Of a stretch of DNA of 64,000 nt, positions 19,633-28,488 are shown one piece after another. The DNA comes from Candidatus Levybacteria bacterium RIFCSPHIGHO2_01_FULL_40_16. Its GTDB lineage: Bacteria > Patescibacteriota > Microgenomatia > Levybacterales > UBA12049. The stretch is from NCBI GenBank assembly GCA_001783805.1, contig MFNS01000001.1, forward strand, positions 192,649-256,648, in the 5' to 3' direction. Under the pieces are notes generated by a model. The model was not told the origin of the DNA. It did not search any database and was given only the letters and a program-made list of their open reading frames with translations. The position numbers and the translations under genes are program-made. The stretch's first letter is position 1; the number at the start of each line of letters is the position of its first letter.

Positions 19633-19809
19633 GTTTTATTTCACCTCCTTTTTACCCGCCGCTCAAGTGCCCTTTGCGACGTGTTCGAATAGAACTGAAA
19701 AGTCGCAAAGTAAACTTAGGCGGGCCTTTGATCTTATATTATGCAGTTTAACTTCCCTTGTCAAGAGATTAGAGTATTGTTATAATTAGACATTGCACAG
19801 CATCCTTAA

Positions 19810-19824
19810 TTCTGCTTTGCAGAA
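19810..19824 (+). repeat. 15-nt hairpin TTCTGC-TTT-GCAGAA directly abutting the tRNA-Lys(TTT) 5' end
   Basis: The same stem recurs at 45589-45603, 47199-47213 and 61195-61209; variants at 45900-45914 and 47479-47493. Confidence 0.6.
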
Positions 19825-19896
19825 GGGTCGGTAGCTCAGTGGTAGAGCAGGAGCCTTTTAAGCTCTTGGTCCTGGGTTCGAATCCCAGCCGGCTCA
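19825..19896 (+). tRNA. tRNA-Lys (anticodon TTT)
   Basis: GGGTCGG acceptor, TAGCTCAGTGGTAGAGC D-arm, loop CTTTTAA, TTCGAAT T-loop. Confidence 0.85.
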
Positions 19897-19953
19897 CAAA
19901 GTTTTTAAGCAGAAAATCAGCTTCACAACTTGTCATTAAAATGACACACCCCG

Positions 19954-20403
19954 ATGCGATTCAAACCAGACGACCACTACTTGAAAATATTTCTTAATAA
20001 GTTATACTACGACATCATGATAGGAATAGAAATCAAAGGAAATATTAGGGATCAGTTTTGCCTAAAAAATGGTCATTGTGATCTGCAAAGACTATTTATA
20101 GATGGCCAGCAAAAAGATCAAGCAGAGGGAGGCATGTCATTGCAGGAAATAAAAGAACTTTGTTCTAAAGAGGGTTTAAAACCAAGCAATGATTACTATG
20201 GCTCTGCTATACCAAACGAGATGAGAAAAAAAATCAGTAATGTCATTTTCACTGCTGATTGTACCGCAGGAAAAATTAAAGGGACAAACTATACAAATTG
20301 TGGGAGCGTTTGCGCTTATTTAACGACATATGAACCAGAATCTAAGCTCGAAGAGCTTGCAGTTAAAGTGATAAAAGCTCAGTGGCTTCTAAATAATAGA
20401 TAA
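19954..20403 (+). CDS. hypothetical protein (first cassette after tRNA-Lys; real start probably downstream of the annotated ATG)
   Basis: The ORF begins inside a roughly 120-nt leader that is repeated non-coding at 20491-20600. Confidence 0.3.
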   Translation: MRFKPDDHYLKIFLNKLYYDIMIGIEIKGNIRDQFCLKNGHCDLQRLFIDGQQKDQAEGGMSLQEIKELCSKEGLKPSNDYYGSAIPNEMRKKISNVIFTADCTAGKIKGTNYTNCGSVCAYLTTYEPESKLEELAVKVIKAQWLLNNR

Positions 20404-20460
20404 TCTTTTAAAGACATATTGTCTTAACTTCTGGTAAATCTTCAGATATTCATATAAAAT

Positions 20461-20490
20461 TGGTTCGAAGGTCGGGATTTCGGTCTCACA
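20461..20490 (+). repeat. direct repeat TGGTTCGAAGGTCGGGATTTCGGTCTCACA, resembling the tRNA-Lys 3' end (copy A)
   Basis: It shares GGTTCGAA...CTCACA with the tRNA-Lys T-loop/acceptor 3' strand; copies B and C follow. Confidence 0.6.
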
Positions 20491-20584
20491 CAGTTTTTAA
20501 CATAAAACTAGCCTCTGAATGTGTTCAGAAAATGGAATACCCCGATGAGATTTGAACCATTTGTGCAGGTTAATAAATACAGGA

Positions 20585-21331
20585 CTATTTCTTAATACAA
20601 TCAAATATTATATATGAAGGGTAACTGCTCCTATCTTTATACCATTTTCTATCCAACCCCTTACTTATATCAAGCGGTCGAGGTTCGATTATCTTATCGA
20701 TCTGAAAATTGTTATTAACAATAGCAGAATAATAATCTTGTAATGTCCAGTGATATGCAATTGAACTTAGCTTTTTTCCATCTATATTCATCGTGAAATC
20801 ATAAGGCAGCCCACTTCTGAAATATTCAAAATCGCCAATTCTTAACTTATTTCTCATATAAAAATCAAAAGCCGGATGTGGTTCACTTATAATTAGTCTG
20901 CCTCCTTTATGTAATAAAAGTGCGCATTGTTTAATTACAGATTCAATATCTGCTTTACTTGATAAGTGAGGGAGAAGTAGGGAAATTACTATTAAATCAA
21001 GTACTTCATTTCTTATTGCTTCCATATTTCTTGCATCCATTACCTTGAAGTTTATAGATAATCCTAATTCTTTTGCTTTATTCTTACCGATATCAATTAA
21101 CTTAGAAGAGTAATCTATACCAGTGCATATTGCTCCCTTTTTTGCCAAAAATACTGTGATTGCACCATCTCCACAAGCAATATCTAATACTTTCTTCCCT
21201 TCTACATTTCCAATAATTTCAAAAAGTGCTGGATCTAATATATATTTCCTACCTTTAGTTCGTCCACCAGCATAATCCGAAGCTGTCTGATCCCAAAATT
21301 TTTGACCTTTCACATATACTTTATAACACAT
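20585..21331 (-). CDS. class I SAM-dependent methyltransferase
   Basis: VLDIACGDG motif I; Rossmann-fold spacing. Confidence 0.7.
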   Translation of the reverse strand: MCYKVYVKGQKFWDQTASDYAGGRTKGRKYILDPALFEIIGNVEGKKVLDIACGDGAITVFLAKKGAICTGIDYSSKLIDIGKNKAKELGLSINFKVMDARNMEAIRNEVLDLIVISLLLPHLSSKADIESVIKQCALLLHKGGRLIISEPHPAFDFYMRNKLRIGDFEYFRSGLPYDFTMNIDGKKLSSIAYHWTLQDYYSAIVNNNFQIDKIIEPRPLDISKGLDRKWYKDRSSYPSYIIFDCIKK

Positions 21332-21406
21332 TTAATATTAATATTCGAATACAGCTTTAACATATTGCTGTAAGGAGTAGTAAATTTGTTGGTATTTTGA
21401 TAAAAT

Positions 21407-21436
21407 TGGTTCGAAGGTCGGGATTTCGGGCTCACA
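21407..21436 (+). repeat. tRNA-Lys-3'-end-like direct repeat (copy B)
   Basis: TGGTTCGAAGGTCGGGATTTCGGGCTCACA: 29/30 identical to copy A. Confidence 0.6.
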
Positions 21437-21463
21437 AAATCTTAACAAAATTATCTTCGTAAT

Positions 21464-21754
21464 TTATTTATATTCCCTGTGCGTTCCAGTATGGGTTACT
21501 ATTGCAAATAGGATGATTCTCATTTTTCCTTCCGGATCAAAATCCCAAATAATTCGTAAGTCTCCGCTGATCCAACTACTCCATCGTTCCCCAAAGATTC
21601 TCGTATTGACTTTATGTGATTTAAGCGAAGGGTAAAAAGGTTTTCGCCTTAAGAAATTTAAGGCTTTTTTTGTCCTTTTCTCTTTTTCTTGATTTCCTTT
21701 TACTATTGCGTTATAAGTATGTTTAAAGGAGTCTAGGAAACGGAGGATATACAT
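21464..21754 (-). CDS. RelE/YafQ-family type II toxin
   Basis: LKSHKVNTRIFGERWSSWISGDLRIIWDFD...IILFAIVTHTGTHREYK matches the RelE/ParE fold signature. Confidence 0.6.
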   Translation of the reverse strand: MYILRFLDSFKHTYNAIVKGNQEKEKRTKKALNFLRRKPFYPSLKSHKVNTRIFGERWSSWISGDLRIIWDFDPEGKMRIILFAIVTHTGTHREYK

Positions 21755-21762
21755 ACAATCGT

Positions 21763-22020
21763 TTAAATAGTTCTAAGATAGTTATCAAGTTCTTCTTCAG
21801 TTTTGACGTCAGTATATTCTCCCTCTTTTATATTTTGAAGGCCTTTTGCAATCAATTTTTCCGTCGCCTCATCTACAAGTGGAATATTTACCTCTTTTAA
21901 ATATTTCTCAGCGAGAGATATCTTGATAATCTCAGCTTCAGACAATAAACGGTACTTGTTTCGTAGAAAAGCTAAAACACCTTCTAGTTCCGGTGTTTTG
22001 GTTAATCTAATTTGCGACAT
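21763..22020 (-). CDS. putative antitoxin partner (upstream of and adjacent to the RelE-like gene)
   Basis: 85-aa acidic protein immediately upstream of the toxin, 8-nt gap. Confidence 0.4.
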   Translation of the reverse strand: MSQIRLTKTPELEGVLAFLRNKYRLLSEAEIIKISLAEKYLKEVNIPLVDEATEKLIAKGLQNIKEGEYTDVKTEEELDNYLRTI

Positions 22021-22090
22021 ATAGTGCCTATATTACTACATAAAATACCCACAGTCAAGTAGTAATTACATATCGTTGAGAAATTCAAAC

Positions 22091-22119
22091 CGGTTCGAAG
22101 TTCGGGATTTCGGTCTCAC
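22091..22119 (+). repeat. tRNA-Lys-3'-end-like direct repeat (copy C)
   Basis: CGGTTCGAAGTTCGGGATTTCGGTCTCAC. Confidence 0.55.
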
Positions 22120-22349
22120 TGTTTTTTCTTATCCTTGTTGGTTTTTGTAACACAGATCCCCAGATGTCCCTTATCAACGATAACCGGACCGGAATGAGTT
22201 TTGAACCGCTCTCCTTCCCTTGCCTTTATCCCCACTTGATATGATAATCCTTTATATAATCCTATGTTTTCCTCTGGAATGACAAATCTATTATGATTCT
22301 TTCCATTTTTCCTTTTTTCAACCATAACGGACATAATATAATATTTCAC
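22116..22349 (-). CDS. hypothetical small protein
   Basis: 77-aa ORF; no domain recognised. Confidence 0.3.
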   Translation of the reverse strand: MKYYIMSVMVEKRKNGKNHNRFVIPEENIGLYKGLSYQVGIKAREGERFKTHSGPVIVDKGHLGICVTKTNKDKKKQ

Positions 22350-22392
22350 AGAGTCTTGTCAATTCTTCCGAAATATTTTATAATTACATCTT

Positions 22393-22947
22393 ATGATTCC
22401 AGTCACGTCTTTAAGGCCGGGGATAACTTATGAGGAACACGGAGATATTTTTGAAGTTTTAACCTATAACAACATGCATCTTCGGAAAACCAGCTCCGTG
22501 GTACAGGTAAAAGTCAGAAGTTTGAGAAAAGGCTCAACTTTAGAAAAAACTTATGGGAGCAACGGACAGGTGGAGCCGGTCACAATCCAAAAAAAAGAAC
22601 TCCAATATCTGTACAAAGACAATGATTCCTGTTATTTTATGGACCCGCAAACTTTTGAACAGATTAGCGTTTTAACCAAGAATTTATACGGCAGCAATTA
22701 TTTAAAAGAAGGGGAGACAGTAATAATTAGCTTTAATAAGGAGGAGGCCTTGAGCATGGCGCTTCCCCCGAAAATGAAATTCCGGGTTACGGATACCAAT
22801 CCCGGCGTCAAAGGCAATTCCGCCACCAATGTTTATAAAGATGCTACTCTGGAAAACGGCTTAACTACCAAAGTTCCTTTGTTTATCGACATCGGAGACG
22901 AAATTATTGTTGACACCCGCGACGGCTCCTACACTGCCCGCGCATAA
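22393..22947 (+). CDS. efp: elongation factor P
   Basis: EF-P length and the KOW-like N-domain; conserved loop region around KTSSVVQVKVRSLRKG. Confidence 0.85.
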   Translation: MIPVTSLRPGITYEEHGDIFEVLTYNNMHLRKTSSVVQVKVRSLRKGSTLEKTYGSNGQVEPVTIQKKELQYLYKDNDSCYFMDPQTFEQISVLTKNLYGSNYLKEGETVIISFNKEEALSMALPPKMKFRVTDTNPGVKGNSATNVYKDATLENGLTTKVPLFIDIGDEIIVDTRDGSYTARA

Positions 22948-22971
22948 CAACTACTTATTAAATTCGAAGCA

Positions 22972-23059
22972 CGAATATCGAAAATCGAAACACTTTTGAA
23001 AATTTGGATTTTGAGAATTATAATTTGTTTCGGATTTCGGATTTTGATATTCGGATTTG
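22972..23059 (+). promoter_or_regulatory. uvrA promoter (TTGAAA 22996-23001, 17-nt spacer, TATAAT 23019-23024) embedded in an imperfect palindrome of CGAA / TTCGG repeats
   Basis: Left arm CGAATATCGAAAATCGAAAC, right arm GTTTCGGATTTCGGATTTTGATATTCGGATTTG; CGAATAT(C/T) is shared with the lexA operator candidate. Confidence 0.45.
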
Positions 23060-23118
23060 CACCCCGTATGGTTGCTACATTATTTTTTTTTCAGTATAAT
23101 ATTAAATCGCTTTAAAGT

Positions 23119-26001
23119 ATGAATGACAAGATAATTATCAAAGGTGCCAGAGAACATAACCTCAAGAATATTGATTTGGAAATTCCCAAAAATAAATTAG
23201 TAGTATTCACCGGTTTATCGGGGTCAGGTAAATCTTCTTTGGCTTTTGACACAATTTATGCCGAAGGACAAAGACGTTATGTAGAAAGTCTGTCTTCTTA
23301 CGCCAGACAGTTTTTAGGTGTGATGAAAAAGCCGGACGTTGACCTGATTGAAGGGCTTTCTCCGGCAATTTCCATTGACCAAAAATCAGCCTCCCATAAT
23401 CCCAGATCAACAGTCGGCACAGTTACGGAAATTTACGACTACTTAAGACTGCTCTTTGCCCGAGTCGGACATCCGCATTGTCCGAAATGCGGCCGGGAAA
23501 TTACCCACCTGACACCTGAACAAATAATTAATGCAGTTTTTGCCTTAATCAATAATGAGGCTTCCAAAAGGATAAAAATATTAATTTTGGCACCGCTTGT
23601 CAAAGACAGAAAAGGCGAATACAAAGAACTTTTTGTTGATCTGAAAAAAAGAGGTTATAGGAAAGTCCGCATTGACAAGCAAATCTTCAGTCTTGAGGAA
23701 AACTTTATTTTAATCAAAACCAATAAACATACTATCGAAGTTATTATCGATGAGGTTGTTTTAACAAAGGACACGGACAGATTGAGGATTGCCGAAGATG
23801 TTGAAAAGGCGCTGAAACTCGGAAACAGTGAGCTAATTGTTTCAATAGTTAAGGATGCGGGATTCAATCTTCCTGCTAAGCCCAAAAAAATGCAGGACGA
23901 ACTCTTTTCGGAGAAATTCGCCTGTCCGGCATGTGGAATTTCGATGTCCGAAATTGAGCCGAGAATTTTCTCTTTTAACACTCCGCATGGCGCCTGTCCG
24001 ACTTGTAACGGATTGGGAACACTGTTAACGGTTGACAGAGACTTGGTCTTCAATAACAATCTTTCAATTAGCGAGGGCGGTATTTTGCCCTATTCAAACC
24101 TTTTTGAAAATGATACTTGGTTTTCCCGCACTTTAATCAAATTTTGCGAAGAAAATGATATTCCGATGAAAGAAAGGCTTCAGGAGGTTTCCGAAAAGAA
24201 AAAAGACCTTTTGCTTTTTGGAACAGGCGAAAAAATCTATGAAGTTGAGGGACAAAACCGTTGGGGGAGAGCGACGGAAATTCATGAACCTTTTCATGGG
24301 ATCCTCGGGGATTTGCGGGAAAAATATTTATCAACAGACTCGATGTTTCTCAAATCCCGGATTGAAAAATTTATGCGCTACGAAGTTTGTCCGGAATGCA
24401 ATGGCGCAAGACTGAAAAAAGAATCTCTATCGATAACTATTGGGAAAAAATCAATTATTGAAGTCTGTAATATGTCTATAGTTGACGCTTTTAAATTTAT
24501 AAAACAGCTCACTGAAATCTTGAGCTCCAGAGAAATTGAGATATCTAAGTTAATTCTTAAAGAAATAAAAGAAAGACTACTGTTTTTAGTTGATGTGGGT
24601 TTGGATTATCTAACTCTGTCGCGGGGAGCACAGACCTTGGCGGGAGGAGAGGCACAAAGGATCAGACTAGCCAGTCAAATAGGCAGCGGGTTGACCGGAG
24701 TTTTATATGTCTTAGACGAACCGTCAATCGGACTGCATCAGAAAGATAACAAAAAATTAATTGAGACGCTTAAGAAGCTCCGGGATCTGGGCAATACGGT
24801 TTTGGTAGTCGAACATGATCAGGAAACAATGAATGAGTCCGATTACATTGTTGATTTCGGTCCGGGCGCCGGCCTTGGCGGGGGACAAATTATTGCCAAA
24901 GGCAACATTTCCGAGATAAAAAAGGATCCCAATTCTATCACGGGTTTATATCTGTCAGGCAAAAGAAAAATAAACGTCGAAACAATGAAGCAATCCAGCA
25001 ATGAAACAATTAAGTATCTGTCAATTTTAGGCGCTAAGGAACATAATTTAAAAAATATTGATGTTAATTTCCCTCTGAATAAATTTATAGTAGTCACCGG
25101 AGTTTCCGGATCGGGAAAATCAACCTTAATCAACGATATTTTATATCATGCTTTAATGCAAATGCAAAATCCTTTCCACCGCGAGAAACCGGGAAAATTT
25201 CAAACCCTTAACGGATATCAAAATATTAAAAGGGTTTATATGATAGATCAATCACCAATCGGTAGGACTCCACGGAGTAATCCTGCCACTTACACAGGCG
25301 CATTTACCTACATCAGGGACATTTTCGCCAGAACAAAAGATGCGAAATTACGGGGTTATGGCCCGGGGAGATTTTCTTTCAATGTCAAAGGCGGACGTTG
25401 TGAGGCTTGCGAAGGGGAAGGGCAAATTAGAATTGAAATGCAATTTTTACCTGATGTTTATGTAACTTGTGAGGTTTGCAACGGTAAGCAATATAATAAA
25501 GAAGCTTTGGAAATTTTTTTGAACGGAAAAAATATTGCAGACATTTTAGCGATGAGCGTTAAAGAAGCTTTGCAGTTCTTTTCTTTTGTCCCGGTACTTT
25601 CCCACAAACTGCAGACTCTCAATGATGTTGGACTTTCTTACATTAAACTGGGCCAACCGGCTCCGACTTTATCGGGAGGAGAAGCGCAGAGAGTGAAATT
25701 ATCCGACGAATTGTCCAAAAAAGGACAAAATTGTTTGTATTTGCTGGATGAGCCAACCACCGGATTGCATTTTGCCGATTTGGAAAAATTATTAATTGTT
25801 TTGCGAAATCTGGTTAATAGGGGTAATACGGTGATTGTTATCGAACATAATCTGGATGTGGTTAAAAATGCGGATTATATTATTGACTTGGGACCTGATG
25901 GAGGAGAAAAAGGCGGGGAAATTGTCGCCTTTGGTACTCCCGAAGAAGTCGCCCGCAGCCCCCGCTCCTACACCGGAGCCTTCCTGAAAAAAATCCTCTA
26001 A
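23119..26001 (+). CDS. uvrA: excinuclease ABC subunit A
   Basis: Two ABC modules (GLSGSGKSSLAF, GVSGSGKSTLIN), zinc-finger Cys clusters, 960 aa. Confidence 0.9.
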   Translation: MNDKIIIKGAREHNLKNIDLEIPKNKLVVFTGLSGSGKSSLAFDTIYAEGQRRYVESLSSYARQFLGVMKKPDVDLIEGLSPAISIDQKSASHNPRSTVGTVTEIYDYLRLLFARVGHPHCPKCGREITHLTPEQIINAVFALINNEASKRIKILILAPLVKDRKGEYKELFVDLKKRGYRKVRIDKQIFSLEENFILIKTNKHTIEVIIDEVVLTKDTDRLRIAEDVEKALKLGNSELIVSIVKDAGFNLPAKPKKMQDELFSEKFACPACGISMSEIEPRIFSFNTPHGACPTCNGLGTLLTVDRDLVFNNNLSISEGGILPYSNLFENDTWFSRTLIKFCEENDIPMKERLQEVSEKKKDLLLFGTGEKIYEVEGQNRWGRATEIHEPFHGILGDLREKYLSTDSMFLKSRIEKFMRYEVCPECNGARLKKESLSITIGKKSIIEVCNMSIVDAFKFIKQLTEILSSREIEISKLILKEIKERLLFLVDVGLDYLTLSRGAQTLAGGEAQRIRLASQIGSGLTGVLYVLDEPSIGLHQKDNKKLIETLKKLRDLGNTVLVVEHDQETMNESDYIVDFGPGAGLGGGQIIAKGNISEIKKDPNSITGLYLSGKRKINVETMKQSSNETIKYLSILGAKEHNLKNIDVNFPLNKFIVVTGVSGSGKSTLINDILYHALMQMQNPFHREKPGKFQTLNGYQNIKRVYMIDQSPIGRTPRSNPATYTGAFTYIRDIFARTKDAKLRGYGPGRFSFNVKGGRCEACEGEGQIRIEMQFLPDVYVTCEVCNGKQYNKEALEIFLNGKNIADILAMSVKEALQFFSFVPVLSHKLQTLNDVGLSYIKLGQPAPTLSGGEAQRVKLSDELSKKGQNCLYLLDEPTTGLHFADLEKLLIVLRNLVNRGNTVIVIEHNLDVVKNADYIIDLGPDGGEKGGEIVAFGTPEEVARSPRSYTGAFLKKIL

Positions 26002-26004
26002 CTC

Positions 26005-26553
26005 TCACTCATCTTTCGGCAATTTGTATTTTCCTTTTATTTCCTCAACAGTTCGCTTTAAGTCTTTAGAGTTAATTTTATGAAATTCATGTTTAATAAC
26101 AACAGCTGACGTAAGTTTAGCAGCATCTTCAATCTGCGGTACTGATAAGTTATATTTTTCATTTTCTGGAATAGTTCTATCGATAATAACTATATTCCTT
26201 TTATTTTGCATATGATGCTTGGTAGCTTTCTCCAATATTTCTGCTGACTTTTGTGCTACAGAAATAAACTCTTCATTGTCCCTATCTATCTTCTTCATCC
26301 ACTTGCCAATAAGGGGAATCTTCTTTAAAGAATCCCCTTCTGGCAGATCCATTACTCGTTTTATTTCATCCCTTCTTCCTTGAATATAATAAAGCGCAAA
26401 ATATTCACAAAAATGAGCCTCTTTATATGGATCAAAATCTAATATTCCGTCCATTTTAAATTGCTTAAAAATTTTTGCGGCATGAAATGACGCATTTAAG
26501 ACCATAACAGCTTCCTTACTAAGTTTTCCTACTGCTTGTTCAGTATCCTTCAT
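26005..26553 (-). CDS. hypothetical protein
   Basis: 182-aa ORF convergent with uvrA. Confidence 0.35.
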   Translation of the reverse strand: MKDTEQAVGKLSKEAVMVLNASFHAAKIFKQFKMDGILDFDPYKEAHFCEYFALYYIQGRRDEIKRVMDLPEGDSLKKIPLIGKWMKKIDRDNEEFISVAQKSAEILEKATKHHMQNKRNIVIIDRTIPENEKYNLSVPQIEDAAKLTSAVVIKHEFHKINSKDLKRTVEEIKGKYKLPKDE

Positions 26554-26616
26554 ACATCCGGGATTATATCAAAACACTACCTGATTTACTATAAACTTGT
26601 GTTAGAATCAGAGAAG

Positions 26617-28488
26617 ATGAGAAAAGTTCTTGGATTGATCTTTGGTTTTATTTTTTGTTTAATTTTCTTTTTTACTCCTCAATCAGCTTTTGCAGATTCG
26701 AATTTTACCACAGATTACAACGTTACTTACAATGTACTGGAAAATGCGCTAACACACGTGACTTTTGATATCACGCTGACCAATAAAACCAGCCAATATT
26801 ATGCATCTTCCTACGGTGTTCAGGTTGGATTTAAAGATATTGAAAATGTTTTTGCCCGCGACGGCGGAGGAAAAATAACGCCTCAAATCTCAAAAAATAA
26901 TGACGAGAACAATATCGAAGTTACTTTTAATGACCGGGTTGTCGGACTAGGTAAAAACCTCTATTTTTCAATATCTTTTGACACCAAAGATATCGCGCAA
27001 AAATCCGGACAGATTTGGGACATAAATATTCCCGGGTTAGCCGAACAAAAAGCTTACAACTCTTTTAATGTTAAAGTTATCGTTCCTAGTTTCTTAGGAA
27101 GCCCTTCGTATATCAAGCCCGATAGCGGAAAACTTATCAATAATAATTTGATCTTTACGAAAGACGAACTTGGGGAATCGGGAATATCAATATCTTTTGG
27201 CAAAGAACAAATTTATAACTTTAATCTTTTGTATCATTTAAAAAATTCAAATTTATTTCCGATCAAAACAGAAATTGCGCTTCCTCCGTCAACCAATTAC
27301 CAAGATATTCAGATATCGAATATTGAACCAAGACCTCAAAATGTGACACGGGATATTGATGGTAACTGGCTTGCTCAATATATTCTAGCACCCGGCAAAA
27401 AAGTCGATATTAGCGTTGAGGGAGTTGCGAAAATAATGCTTAGTCCAAAAAAAGAAGCATTGTCGGACACCGAACTTAAGGAATATTTAAAATCGGAGCC
27501 CTATTGGGAGACTAACGATAAAGAAATAAAAGATTTGGCAAACCTGCTTAAAACTCCTTATGCTATTTACCGATATGTCGTAAATAATTTAAAATATGAT
27601 TTTGACAGAGTGCAGAATAACAAGCCTAGGGTTGGGGCATCCGAAGTGCTCAAGAATTCAACTTCTGCTGTTTGTCTTGAATTTACAGATCTATTTATTG
27701 CCATTGCCAGAGCCGCAAATATTCCGGCCAGGGAAGTAAACGGTTTTGCCTTTACTTCGAATACAAAAGAAAGACCGCTCTCCTTAGTTAAAGATATTTT
27801 GCATGCCTGGCCGGAATATTATGATTATGAATTGCAAACCTGGGTAATGATTGACCCGACCTGGAGCAATACTACCGGAGGCGTAGATTATTTTTACAAA
27901 CTGGATTTCGATCATTTTGCTTTCGTTATCAAAGGCATTAGCAGTACCTATCCTGTGCCGGCAGGCGGTTACAAAGTTTCCGAAAACGACAATTCCAAGG
28001 ATATCAATGTCGAATTTGGAGAAGAATTTGCACCGAAAATCCAAACTCTAACTTTAGGTTCGGACTTTAAGCCTAGTTATTTTTCGGGAGCAAGAGTGAA
28101 AGGGAATGTTTTAATTAGTAACACAGGATATGTTATGTCTTCTCCGCAAGAAGTTACAATCAATACGGATTTCCTGCTGCCTCTCTCTCAAAAAATATCC
28201 GTAGGTCCAATTCCTCCTTTTGGATATGTAAAAATTCCGGTCAGTTTCCAGAAGCCCTCGCTTTTGACAAACAAGTCAGACGTGATTAAAATAGCAATCA
28301 ATGAAAGCTACATTACCAAAGAAATTAAAATTTCTCCATTCGTTTTAAATATATGGACAATTTTAGGAGGGTTCACAATTGTTAGTATTGCAATCGGAAT
28401 ATCGTTTGTTATCTACGGAATCAGGCATTTACCTTTTTCTAGACAAAAAGGGAAAGATCCTTTACGTGGGCAAAGCGAAAAACCTTAA
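26617..28488 (+). CDS. secreted transglutaminase-like (Cys-His-Asp) domain protein with C-terminal TM anchor
   Basis: Signal peptide MRKVLGLIFGFIF...; core SAVCLEFTDLF...HAWPEYY...DPTW. Confidence 0.55.
   Translation: MRKVLGLIFGFIFCLIFFFTPQSAFADSNFTTDYNVTYNVLENALTHVTFDITLTNKTSQYYASSYGVQVGFKDIENVFARDGGGKITPQISKNNDENNIEVTFNDRVVGLGKNLYFSISFDTKDIAQKSGQIWDINIPGLAEQKAYNSFNVKVIVPSFLGSPSYIKPDSGKLINNNLIFTKDELGESGISISFGKEQIYNFNLLYHLKNSNLFPIKTEIALPPSTNYQDIQISNIEPRPQNVTRDIDGNWLAQYILAPGKKVDISVEGVAKIMLSPKKEALSDTELKEYLKSEPYWETNDKEIKDLANLLKTPYAIYRYVVNNLKYDFDRVQNNKPRVGASEVLKNSTSAVCLEFTDLFIAIARAANIPAREVNGFAFTSNTKERPLSLVKDILHAWPEYYDYELQTWVMIDPTWSNTTGGVDYFYKLDFDHFAFVIKGISSTYPVPAGGYKVSENDNSKDINVEFGEEFAPKIQTLTLGSDFKPSYFSGARVKGNVLISNTGYVMSSPQEVTINTDFLLPLSQKISVGPIPPFGYVKIPVSFQKPSLLTNKSDVIKIAINESYITKEIKISPFVLNIWTILGGFTIVSIAIGISFVIYGIRHLPFSRQKGKDPLRGQSEKP

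Noticed and set aside
23207-25133. Several antisense ORFs inside uvrA (23207-23410, 23439-23624, 23655-24059, 24137-24334, 24843-25133)
   Set aside because: They are contained within a confidently identified 960-aa uvrA CDS on the other strand.
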